64,000 nt of DNA from Eledone cirrhosa. Lineage: Eukaryota. The notes beneath the pieces were generated by a model, which was not told where the DNA came from, searched no databases, and was given only the letters and a program-made list of their open reading frames with translations. A program made the position numbers and the translations under genes. Of the stretch, positions 13,374 through 25,330 are shown in pieces. The stretch spans positions 179,676,001 through 179,740,000 of the forward strand of contig OZ024741.1 in assembly GCA_964016885.1 (NCBI GenBank), read 5' to 3'. Each line of letters starts with the position of its first letter. The stretch's first letter is position 1.

Positions 13374-13440
13374 TTATATTTTATATATATACATATATAT
13401 GTATATATTAAATTATAGGGATGAATGCGAGTCTTGAATT

Positions 13441-13496
<56 letters not shown>

Positions 13497-13550
13497 TTGT
13501 GTGTATTAACAATATTAATAAATGGAAAATATCTTTATAATACCATATTT

Positions 13551-13608
13551 ATTTTATTATAAGTATTTCAAGGACACAACATTTTAGTGTGCTTGCATCA
13601 GATAAAAT
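13551..13608 (-). ncRNA. Family A hammerhead with core mutation (CTGATGC)
   Basis: attttat-CTGATGC-aagcacac...gtgtcctt-GAAA-tactta-TA-ataaaat. Confidence 0.55.
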
Positions 13609-13682
13609 ATATTTGGTGTTAAGATATTGACATACCTTAGCATATATATATATATCCACTTTCAATAAATACACCAGGATTT

Positions 13683-13742
13683 TTTCATTCTGATGACTGA
13701 AAGCAAATTCTTTTGCTTTCAAGAAACCACTGGTAAATGAAA
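13683..13742 (+). ncRNA. Hammerhead ribozyme motif (family B), intact
   Basis: tttcatt-CTGATGA-ctgaaagcaaa...tttgctttcaa-GAAA-ccactgg-TA-aatgaaa, with a perfect 7-bp stem I. Confidence 0.85.
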
Positions 13743-13837
13743 TAATTATCTATGTTGTTTATTACATAACTAATAAGCTCTGTAACCTACATAGAGCACT
13801 CTTTTTTCCTGGACCTTTCCGACGGAATTATTTCATT

Positions 13838-13912
<75 letters not shown>

Positions 13913-14151
13913 GTGTGTGTGTGTTATTATGCACACACCTATACACACACGCACACATATGTGTGTGTGTTCAATGTACGTTTGAATGTGTGAAGCTGGG
14001 ATGTTGTCTATTTGACACTTCCCCAAGATGTCAATGCTGTTATTTCTCTACTACATTGTGATAGCGTGGAAACTAATCAATTTGCACACATGTAGCAGAA
14101 CAATACTATCGGAAAAGGAATGAATGCCACATCACCTTTTTTTTCCTACGC

Positions 14152-14515
14152 CAGTCATTCTCAATCAGGATACTCTTGGCTCCCAGAGAGGAATGTTTGT
14201 CAGGACTACAGACTGGGAGAGAATAGTGTATATTGTGTGTATAAATCAAATGAAATACCAATATAACCAACGATAGTATACATTGTGTGTATATATGAAC
14301 TGTAATACCAATATAATTAACTATATGAATATTGTGTTTACTGTTCACAATAAACTACTGCTTTAGACTTAAGTTTGGGATTATACAATTAGTTGAGATT
14401 TGAAAAGCTTGCTCATGTTAATTTGGTGCTGAAGTGAAAAATTACTAGGTGACAATTAAAAATGGAAAGGAATTTAGGAAATCTGGAATTGCAAGGCGAT
14501 GACTGAGATCCACTG
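14152..14515. mobile_element. hAT-type MITE (364 bp)
   Basis: Termini CAGTCATTCTCAATC / GACTGAGATCCACTG; 8-bp flanks TCCTACGC / CCCTACAC (6/8). Interior similar to 24607-24967 and 26360-26670. Confidence 0.6.
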
Positions 14516-16306
14516 CCCTACACTTTCATAATAAACTTGACAGTTTCTGTCGATCAATACATATACAATAACGATGTCAATAACGACTACGACACCTGTC
14601 AGAAAAAGTACAATATAGACGTTTAAAATTACTGGGAGTTAGTTAGTAAGATAACACGGAAGCCTCTACGCAGTCGCACGACCTGCTAAAAATAGTAGAC
14701 AAACCACCCTTAAATAACTTCAAACCACATCCTACTAATTTAGAAAAGGACGGGATGGACACAGCTGGAATGCCATTGCTCATAGGTCTGTTGGATCAGA
14801 GATAACCTAAGACCAAACCATGAATGACAAGTAAAGACTCTACATGGTCGTTCGACTTACCAGAAATAATAACCAAAACTCCTTTTTAACCCTAATGCTT
14901 TAAAAATGAAGCGCACATCAAACAATATAGTCCTAGATAAATTGTACTTGGATACAGAATATAATCGAACATGACAGCCCTTAAGTGGTCACTAAATTTG
15001 CAAGAAATTACAGCCAAAGCTCCTTTAAATCAAAATTTAACGTGTTTGAACATGGAGGACACAGTAAATAATGCAGTCCTAGATACATTGTGTTTGCTAA
15101 AAAAATGCGATCCAACGTAAGAGCTTCTCCGTGATCACTAGATTTGTAAGAAATAGCAAAATTTCCCATAAATCACACCCTTTTGATGTCTTAAAATAAA
15201 GGAAATATACATTAGATAACGTAGTCCTAGATACACTGTGCCTCGATAAAAGGCCGAAATACTTTTGATCATAGGCCTGCTCGATTAGGTTGACCTCGGG
15301 CATCATTAACAACAATAATCGCCCCAGGGAGCAGGGAAAAGTCAGAATTTGTAGTATCAAATCTTTTCGAAGACTGCTTTAACTTTCATTTTTTCTACAA
15401 GTCAATAAAATAAAGTATGAATAGAATACTGGAGTTGATTTAACATTTAATGCTTGCGAGATGTGAATATAATAATAATGAAATGGGGCTACCCTATTCT
15501 CGGGACTTTGACTAAAAAATACAGTCTGTTATTTTCGCAATCGCAAGGCCCCGAATTCGATCCCATCGCATGACATCTTGGGTAAGCATCTTCCATCATA
15601 TCCTCAGATCGACACAAGCCTTGTGAGGGAAATTAGGTAGTGGTCAGAAATTGTGCAGAACATTGTCGGATGTAATTCAAAGGACTAGCCTTATATAATA
15701 CCACGCATAATCTACTTCGGGATTATGCTATGGGTACACGTGTTTGCGGAATACTCAACCACTTACACGTTAATTCAATAAGCAACTAGTTTAGTTGATC
15801 GATTATCTGAATACTCATCGTCAATATCGACGAAAATGTATTTAATTTAAATTTAGTCCCCGTACAAGCGAAGCTGGAATCAAAAGTATTCCAATTGTGA
15901 CCATCCCGTCTATTAGCCGTATATCAGATACAATATCTAATAATTGTGTGTATGTGATTTGAGGGTATTTTTCTGCTATTTCTAGCAGGTCGAGCGACCA
16001 TGTAGAAGAGGTTCTCTAGATTTATATTATGTAATAACGTTTAATCCGGAGCGCTGTTGCTCTCTCTCTTTCTACGTTTCCCGCCGAAAGAAAGTATTTG
16101 TAAATATTCTTCTAAAACAAGATGTGGTAACCATGTCGGGTGTTGGACACTTCTAACTTAGTTGTATAAACTTAAAAGTCCTGATGGAGTTGGCGGAGTT
16201 GAGCTGAGGTATGGGCAGAGGAAAAGAAATATTACGAGGAGGAAATGAGAGAGAGAGAGAAATAAAGAGAGAGAGAGCGACAGAGAGAGGTTATCAGTTG
16301 TTTATG

Positions 16307-16348
<42 letters not shown>

Positions 16349-16775
16349 TGTCAATTGTTTGGGTGAGAGAAAGAGAGGGTGTTAAATGTATATATCTGTG
16401 TGAGAGAGTAAAAAAGAGAGGTTGCTAAGTGTGAGAGAGGTTAAGTATGTGTGTATGTGGTGGAGAAGAAAAAGAAAGAGGTGTATGGTATAAGACAGAG
16501 AGATAGATAGAGAGGCTATCGGGAGTGAGACAGATAGAAAGATAAAGATAAAGAAGTTATAACGAATGAGAGAAGTTAAGTGTGCGTGATGGAGAGGGAG
16601 AAAAACAGAGAAAGGAAGTCTGATGTATGTGATGGAATTAGCTTATTGGGAGACTGGTCAGACATGGACAGGAAAAGGGGACATAGCGATAATGAATACA
16701 GACAGAAAACAGAATCGGTCAGATAGTGAGAGAAAATAGAGCATTGGGAATTAAGGAATGTATTGTAAAATAGTA

Positions 16776-16867
<92 letters not shown>

Positions 16868-17839
16868 ATATAATACGTCATATATATTTAATATGGTCAA
16901 GTTCAAACTATTTCGAAACGTTTTAAAAACATGACTGTAGGGCTTACATGTTTTTATATAACATCTATACTACTTTCTTTAAACTATGCAGTTCTAAGTT
17001 GAATAAGGGTCTTACTAGTCTGTTAATAACTAATTTCATATATATATTCCATGTAGAACTGACTTCTACACGACTAGTACTGTTTCAGTTCTAGTCCCGT
17101 AAATGTCATTTCTATATGAAATAAATATCGTCTCTGCTAATATATTGAGTACCTTACTTAATGGTGGTTTCAAAATCTATACATATATAATTAATTAGAA
17201 ACCACAGTTAAATAAGGTATTCACTATATATATATATATATATAGTTAGAGTTGAGAAGAACAAGTGAAAGCATGGCTATATTTTGGACGTGAGAGAGAG
17301 AGACAAATGTTATAGGAGAGTGAGGGTAGAACGACAGAGTGATGTATTGAACAGAGAGAAAAGGGTGAAAGACAAAGTGAGTAGAACGACAAAAATATAA
17401 ACAGAGAGAGAGAGAGCATGGCAAAATACTGTATGGGTAGAAAGACAGAGAAAGGGAGCGGGGAAGAAAGAGAGGGAAAGAGCGGCAAAGAAGAGAGAGA
17501 GAGACGGGAGTGATGATGCTTGACTGTCCATAACAAACTAAGAGAGAGACAGAGACAGAACATGGAGTTTGAGGAAAAGCGGTAATAACAAACAAATAAA
17601 CAATATGTGTTGAACTTACCAACAAAGAAAATGCTGGCAAAACAAAGATAAGACATCAACAGCAATGTCCCCTTGAAATAAAATCCAAAACAAACTGCTC
17701 TCGCTGCTGTTGGACCACTTTAGTTTGTAGATATGTTGAAGACAAAGAAATTCTCACCATTGTTCTAAAGATGATTTCAAATATATAAGCATACAGCATT
17801 GAGTTAACAGCAGCAGCAGTTCAGTTGTAGTAATGGGAG

Positions 17840-18115
17840 AGAGAGAGGAAGGGAGGAGGGGGAATTTAGTCTTGTTAGTATGGTGATGGCGGTGGTCATG
17901 GTGCTGGTGGTGACAGCGGCGAAGTCAGAGAAAGAGGAGAGAGGGAAAAAGAAACAGAGGAAGGGGAGAACTTAGTCTTGTTAGTATGGTGGTGACAGTG
18001 ACAAAGAGAGAGAAAAAGAGTAAGCAAGGAGGGGAGCTTAGTCTTGTTAGTATGGCGGTGGTGACAACTGCAAAGAGAGAGAGGGGTGGAGGAGGTGGAA
18101 GCTTAGTCTTGCTCA
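17840..18115. repeat. Purine-rich minisatellite with four TTAGTCTTG anchor units
   Basis: Anchors at about 17866, 17972, 18038 and 18103. Confidence 0.6.
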
Positions 18116-18119
18116 TATA

Positions 18120-19009
18120 ACAGTGATGGTGGTGGGAGGATAATGAAAGTGGTGTAGTAAGAGTAATGGTGGTGGTGGTGGTGCGATATGGAAATAATGG
18201 TGGTGGTGGTGGTTGCGGTGATGGTGGTGAGGTCGTGGTTGTAGTCGTGATAATAATGGCAGAGAGAAAGTAGGGGATTGAAGGAGTGATGGTGCGAGGA
18301 TAATGAAAGTGGTATGGAATGGAGGGGTGGTGATGCTGGTGCTGGAGATGGTTGTAGTAATAGTTATAGGTGGTGGTAGGAGAGATGAGAAGTATTGAAA
18401 TGGGTGGGAGGGGGTAATGGGATATTTATGGAGGTGATGGTGAGAGATGGTGTTGACAGTGGAAATGGTGAGGGTGATGGGATGGTGATGATTGTATGTT
18501 GGTAGCAGTAGCAATATTGATAGTGGTGATGGTGGTGGAGGTGAAAGATCGTATTGACAGTGGTAGTGGTGGTTATAATGGGGTGGTGGTGTGGTGGTTT
18601 ACAGTGGTTGTAGTGGACTAGGGACCGTAATCATAATGCATTGGTGACGATGGGACTGGTGATGGGGTTGATGATCTAGCAAGTGACGGGGACAGTACTG
18701 ATAGTACAATAGATAGATATGTAGGTAGGTAGGTAGTTAAATAAGTAGGTAGGAGGGGTTGGCATAACGGTAGTGCTATGTTGGTAGCGGTGGAGATGGA
18801 AGCAGTAGCGCGCTGGTGATGGTGGTATTGTTGTTGTTGGTGGTATGGTGGTAATGGTGGGGGGGTCATTGTGACAGGGATGATGGTGATGGTGGTGGTG
18901 GCGGTGGTTATAATGAAGGATGATGATAGAAGTGGAAGTAGCAGTAGCCAAACTGAGATACCCGCAGCAGTAGTAATAGTAGTAGTAGTAGCAATAGTAG
19001 TAGTAGTAA

Positions 19010-19068
<59 letters not shown>

Positions 19069-19070
19069 AA
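18120..19070. repeat. Degenerate (GGT/GAT)n ending in (TAG)n
   Basis: Direct sequence. Confidence 0.85.
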
Positions 19071-19844
19071 TGTAGTAAAGAGACGGAGGAGGTACGTACA
19101 TAACATACAAGGGACAACAAAAATTAAAAAAACAAATGTGGTGGTAGGTTAAAGAGAGGCAGAAGAGGGAGGGGAGTTACAAAGAAAGTGTGTGAGGGAG
19201 AGGGAGAGGGAATGGAAGAAGAATCAAGAAGAGACGAGTAAGAAAGAAAAAACGAATAGAAAATGGGAGAGCGAAAAGAAAAAAGAAGAGTACCAAAGAG
19301 AGCGAGAGAAAGAGAGTGTAGGGAAAGAGGTGGAGAAAGAATATAAAAGTGAGGGAGAGAACGAGGGAGAAGAGCCGAGTAAAGGAGAGAGAGGGGGGAC
19401 AATATAAAAGTGAAAGATAGAGAAGATAGAGAAAAGTAAAAAAAGGGGGGGGGGGAATATGAAAATAAAAGAGTAGACGAGGGAGAAGCGAAGAGTAAAA
19501 GAGAGAGGAGAGGAAAATATAAAAGTGAGGGAAAGGACGAGGGAGGGGGAGAAGAGTAAGTAGACAGTGCAGTTGATACACTGCGTTTCAAACGGGAAGT
19601 CCAACTGCAGCAGACATCACTATTAAAGCAGTATTTGTAATTGCTATTGCTGGCTATGTGCAGTGGTATTGCACTAACTCTAGTTCTACTTCTTTCTTTT
19701 AGAAGCAGTTTACACCAGGGGAAGCGTCAACTTCCAAACGGAAATACAGTACTGTGTGTGTGTAGGTGTCTGTCTGTATATGTGTAAGTTTTTACGCACG
19801 CACACACAAACGCACACTATATATACTATATACATATAGTAATT

Positions 19845-20030
19845 AATTGTTTCTTCTTTTGGCACAAGGCCAGCAATTATTTCAGTGTATTACTGGTACG
19901 TTATTTTATCGACCCTGTAAGGATGAAACGCAAAGTTAACCTCAGCGGGATTTGATCTCAGATCATAAAGGGGCGTAACTCTATGCTGCAAAGCATGGCG
20001 TCCGACCCTCTACCGATACGGCCAATCTAC
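19845..20030 (-). mobile_element. SINE family 1
   Basis: Homologous to 12981-13168. Confidence 0.85.
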
Positions 20031-20169
20031 AATTAATAAGCAATAGTTATATATTTATATATCTATATCTATATCAATTTCTCCAACCCCCCCCCCCACA
20101 CAGTTTAGCAAACTAAAGCTAGACGGCTTATATATATATATAATTACATAATAAACAATAAAATATAAT

Positions 20170-20243
20170 TATTCCATTACCAAAGGTTTCAGGAAACTAG
20201 ACGATCCTAACAGAAACGTCCAGTTCGCTCATCAGATGAAATA
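20170..20243 (-). ncRNA. Hammerhead ribozyme motif, intact
   Basis: tatttcat-CTGATGA-gcgaactggacg...cgtctagtttcct-GAAA-cctttgg-TA-atggaata. Confidence 0.8.
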
Positions 20244-20309
20244 GTTAATTAAATAGCTCTGTACTATATATATATATATTCTTTCTTTTACTTTTTCTAC
20301 GGAAATACT

Positions 20310-20580
<271 letters not shown>

Positions 20581-20697
20581 TTTTCTAGATATAAATATAT
20601 ATATATATATATATACGTTATTCCGGGTTGAATCGGAGGTAACCACAGTAAGTAAGGTACTCAATACATAGCAGAGTATAACAGTTTTAATATAGAT

Positions 20698-20748
20698 GAG
20701 ATTCTACAGGACTAGAACTGTTTCATTCATTAGAAATCATCAGGAATC
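20698..20748 (-). ncRNA. Hammerhead ribozyme motif (family E), left arm of inverted repeat
   Basis: Exact reverse complement of 20756-20806. Confidence 0.75.
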
Positions 20749-20753
20749 ATCAG

Positions 20754-20806
20754 GAGATTCCTGATGATTTCTAATGAATGAAACAGTTCTAGTCCTGTAG
20801 AATCTC
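20754..20806 (+). ncRNA. Hammerhead ribozyme motif (family E), right arm
   Basis: gagattc-CTGATGA-tttctaatgaat-GAAA-cagttctagtcctg-TA-gaatctc, with a 7-bp stem I. Confidence 0.85.
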
Positions 20807-20817
20807 ATCTATATTAA

Positions 20818-20877
<60 letters not shown>

Positions 20878-20966
20878 GAGATCAAATTGGTTGATAATAC
20901 AACTGTAAAAGGCAGAGATATATTCAAAACTTGAATGTGATTTTATTGTCCTCAGTAAGATTGGTA

Positions 20967-21148
20967 AAAGATAGTTCAGAGATTAATCCAATTTGTAAAT
21001 TTCCAGTTCTAGTAGTTTTACATCAATCACAGAGCATATATAAAATGAATAAATATATATATTTATTCATTTTATATATGCTCTGTGATTGATGTAAAAC
21101 TACTAGAACTGGAAATTTACAAATTGGATTAATCTCTGAACTATCTTT
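20967..21148. repeat. 182-bp palindrome without spacer
   Basis: AAAGATAGTTCAGAG...AAATATA|TATATTT...CTCTGAACTATCTTT, centre 21057/21058. Confidence 0.9.
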
Positions 21149-22475
21149 AATACATGGTTTAATACATTATTTAATTGATTTGCACATATTTCATATTAGG
21201 TAGAATTTTTCCTGATATCAAACAAAAACCGCACTTAACCTATAGGGTAAACCTAACGAGGTTATTGAGTGGCTCGTTAACTTAGATAATAAGAATAAAG
21301 TGAAATTCTTACAATAAGTGAAATTCTTATCAATAACAACTATGTTTCTATTTCTCCTACCCTCCTTAACGAAGAACTTTCTATGGCTTTAGACTTTACT
21401 AATATTACTAAGCAAGAAACAGATATAATTATAGTAGCTAGATGAACAATTATAGAATTTAATGGTAGTTTTGGGACTAGAAAAAATTCGTCCAAAAAAC
21501 TTCGATATTACGATGGGTTCGAGTGACTCAGCCCAAGTAACTGATCTCGTAGGCCTGTTTCTCATCAACAAATTGAAAGCAAATTTCCCTACCATAGAAA
21601 TGATGCGCTTTTCACCCTCGGCAATTCTGCTTTAGAAAAAGTGAAAAAAACATACATAATATTTAAAGAAATATATAACCTAACTATAACAATAGAAAAC
21701 AATACAAAGGTAACTTCTTAAATGTTACACTGGATTTAAATACTGAACTCTTTAAACCTTATTATAAACCAGGTGAATTCTTATATTATGTGCATAAAAA
21801 TTCAAATCACCTTAAATCTATTATTAAATTTATTGTTAATAATATATCTAATAGAATTTCTGAACTTTCGGTCAATAAAGAGATTTTCATCCAAAATGTT
21901 ATGCAGTATAATGAAACTCTTGCTAGATCAGGCTATAACGATAAAATATGGTTCAAGCCTTTATCTAAATTAGCTAACAATAAGATTTCTTTTACGCATA
22001 AATGTATTTCTAAACCTAATTATAGTAATGTGAATATAAATAGGGAGCTTAATACCAACAAGAATAATAAAATTGTAAAAAATAGTAGAAATAATAATAT
22101 TAATCGAAAAAGTAATAATTTTTATAAGAATATTATAATACTAATCTCCTAGTAAATGTCTAGAAAATCAAAAATTCAATAAATCAATTAAATAATAGAA
22201 AGAGGAATAGAATGGAAAATGTATAGGGTTTAATCCTCCATACGGAGTTCAAATAGCGTCCCATATACCTAAAATATATTTTAGCCTTTTATAGCATAAT
22301 AAGCAAGAATAATGTTAAATTATCTTTCTCCACCACAACTAATTTAGCAGAATATTTAACTAGAAATAATAATTTTTAAAATGAGCTTACATAAACTGGA
22401 ACAACAAAATTCCAACTGAAACAGCCCGAAGTCGTAGATAATAAGAACAACAATAATAGTAACAATAGTGTAGAC

Positions 22476-22654
22476 TAGGCATGAGGGTCCCCTGAGGGCC
22501 ACATGGGTCACATATGTGTTGTCGGAGGGCCACACATGACAACTAATTGCGCACATTACAACTAATTTTACGAAGATAAAACATGCTCGCGCTGTAAAAT
22601 CCTTTGTGCGAGCCGCATGTGTTCTTGTGAAGGGTCGCATGGTTGACATGCCTC
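22476..22654. mobile_element. hAT-type MITE nested in the Penelope-like element
   Basis: Perfect 8-bp TSD GTGTAGAC (22468-22475 and 22655-22662); termini AGGCATG / CATGCCT; internal GGGCCACA-like repeats. Confidence 0.75.
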
Positions 22655-22692
22655 GTGTAGACAACAATGAATGTAATAATAGAGTTAATAAT

Positions 22693-22873
22693 TGTTTCTA
22701 CTTTAGGCACAAGACCAGCAATTACTCAGTGCATTACTGGTACTTTATTTTATCGACCCCGTAAGGATGAAAGGCAAAGTCAACCTCGGCGGGATTTGAA
22801 CTCAGATCGTAAAGGGACGTAACTATGCTGGAAAGCATGGCGTCCGATCCTCTACCGATACTGCCAATCCACG
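22693..22873 (-). mobile_element. SINE family 1 with 15-bp TSD
   Basis: AATAGAGTTAATAAT at 22678-22692 and 22874-22888. Confidence 0.9.
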
Positions 22874-22888
22874 AATAGAGTTAATAAT

Positions 22889-23097
22889 GATTTCTAGTAT
22901 AGGCACAAGGCCAGTAATTTGGAGGAGGGGAAAGTCGATTAAATCGAGCCCAGTACGTTACTGGTGCTTTATTTTATCGACCCCGTCAGGATGAAAGGCA
23001 AAGTCAACCTCGGCGGGATTTGAACTCAGATCGTAAAGGGACGTAACTATGCTGGAAAGCATGGCGTCCGACCCTCTACCGATACTGCCAATCCACC
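22889..23097 (-). mobile_element. SINE family 1 (longer variant), tandem to the previous copy
   Basis: A and B boxes plus the extra GTCGATTAAATCGA hairpin also seen at 5813. Confidence 0.88.
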
Positions 23098-24067
23098 AAT
23101 AATTACTGTAAGCCTTCGAATAGTAAAAGCACTAAAACCTCTTTAGCTAAACTTATATGCTTTCTAAAAAGAGATAATATTCAGTAGTCTGAGATAGAGT
23201 ATTATTAATTTAGCAAAATTCTATGGAGGGGGCAGAACTAAATGTAATCTTTGTTTGATCGAGGCATTAGAAATAGTAACTTCTAAGATTAGTCTCCTTA
23301 ACTCTATAAATGAAACAATCCCTTCTTGTCCACGTAGAAACCTTTCACTCTTTCTTTTATAAAACGCTTGAACCTGATTAATTTTTACCTTTACTTTTTA
23401 CATTCTAATTAGGTATCTCCTTTCCTTTTACTGTACTTAATAGTCGCCTTGTTGGTATTGTTCACCCCGACTAATGATTGTACTATCTTATAACATCTAT
23501 TATTCCCGTTATAAACTTATGGTTTCATGTGCGTATGTAGTCGTATATGTGTGTGTGTGTATAAATATATAAATATATATATATGTGTGTGCGTGTGTAA
23601 ATATAAATATATATATATGTGTGTATGTGTGTGTGTGTATGTGTGTGTACAGTTATGTGTATGTGTAAATGTATATAAGTGTGTGCATATAAGTATATGC
23701 ATATATGTATGCATATAAGAACGTATATGGGTACAACCATACATACATGTAAATCCACTCAGCTAATACTCATCCTATTTACATATTATTACCCTATTAA
23801 CATAATATGATATACGTACGTATGTGCGTGCGTGCATGCTTCTACATGCACATGTACACACATATCAGTAGACACGGATACAAGCGTGTGTATATATGTC
23901 TGTGTGGGCACACATATTCCCACACGTATGTGTTTGTGTGTGTATATATGTGTATGCACACGTACGGATTACTAAAAAAATAGTCGTAACTTTTAAGTTA
24001 ATAGTTCTAAAGAGTTATATATCATCCTACTGATTAATGTATATATGTATGTGTGTATGTATGAATG

Positions 24068-24380
24068 TATGGTCCCGTAACTTCTAATGGAGTCGTTGGG
24101 GTGCCGTATTGACATTCGGCGTTTCTTGAGCATTTAAAACCTGGCGGAGCCCATCCCTCTCCAGGCCTGAGTACAGCAGATTTCTTACAGAGAAAGATAG
24201 AAAGGGAGAGAGAAGAAATGAGAAAGAGATATAGAGGGAGAATCTACTCTCAGCACTAGACTGGTACTTTTTTTTTATCAACCTCGAAAGGATGAAAGGC
24301 AAAGTTAACCTCGGCGAGATTTGAACGCAGAGAGCCGGGGCTAATACCATAAAGCATTCTATCCGACGTTCTAACGACAC
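24068..24380 (-). mobile_element. Composite SINE: family 1 head and core with an alternative 3' tail; second copy at 59092-59424
   Basis: Both copies share GTATGGTCCC.TAAC...CGGCGTTTCTTG...CGGAGCCCATCCCTCTCCAGGC.TGAGTACAGCAGATT joined to the SINE core. Confidence 0.7.
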
Positions 24381-24606
24381 TGATTGATATATTATTACTA
24401 ATATAAGCTTCCATAATTGTTTTGCTTTTGGTTTTCTTAACATACTAAATAGTTAGAATTAAAACTGGCCGTAACTCTAATTAATAAGTGTTATTAAATT
24501 GGTTAGTCTTAATGTCACTCCTATAATGTTTATTAGAGTCAAAATACACACACACAGACAGATTTTAAGTGATTAGAAAACTCGAGCAAATCGGCTGCAG
24601 CTAGTT

Positions 24607-24967
24607 CAGTGATTTTCAAATGGGAGGCACTTGGCTCCCAATGGAAGAATTTCAAATCTCAGAGGAGGAAGATTAGTTACTGGAGGAATCCAAACAGGGA
24701 ATAATGTATATTATACGTGTATATCATCGAATGAAATACCAATATACCCAACTGTAAGGTTAATCACAAATTTACAATTCACAAAAAAACTACTGATTCT
24801 GTCCTAATCCAATTTGAGATTATACAATTATTGAGATTAGAAAAGATTGCTCATATTAATTTGATGCTGAGGGGAAAAAATGACTAGATGACAATTCAAA
24901 ATGCAGGAGGAATTGAGAAAGCCTGGATTTGCAAATGGGAATGTGATAGGTTCTTTGAAAATCACTG
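24607..24967. mobile_element. hAT-type MITE (361 bp)
   Basis: 14-bp TIR CAGTGATTTTCAAA / TTTGAAAATCACTG. TSD not preserved. Confidence 0.65.
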
Positions 24968-25156
24968 GACTATATAATTATTGAGGTTTGAATAGTTAGC
25001 TCCAGGGGAGGTGGAACTGAGGGACCATGCCCCCAATAATATTTTTCTCCCCAAACTACCAAAACACACATCTATTTGTATACGCGCTATAATTTATGTA
25101 CATGCTATGTTTATCGTATATCTAAGTTTTTTTTTATATCTTGCTTGATATTTGAT

Positions 25157-25330
25157 AATTGTTTCCACTTTTGGCACAAGGCCATCAATTACCCAGTACA
25201 TTACTGGTACTTTATTTTATCGACCCCGTAAGGATGAAAGGCAAAGTTAACCTCGGCGAGATTTGAACTCAGACCGTAAAGGGACGTAACTATGCTGGAA
25301 AGCATGGCGTCCGACCCTCTATCGATACTA
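25157..25330 (-). mobile_element. SINE family 1
   Basis: Homology to the other copies; B-box GAGTTCAAATCT. Confidence 0.85.

Larger units (their letters stand above)
21260..23360 (+). pseudogene. Decayed Penelope-like element: reverse transcriptase, linker and GIY-YIG endonuclease C-terminus
   Basis: Motifs across frameshifts: VIEWLVNLDNKNKVKFLQ; NFDITMGSSDSAQVTDLVGLFLINKL; FLNVTLDLNTELFKPYYKP...YVHKNSNH...RIS...LARSGY; FNPPY; LSFSTTTNL; TSLAKLI...KCNLCLIE...LLNSINE..SCP. Confidence 0.88.
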
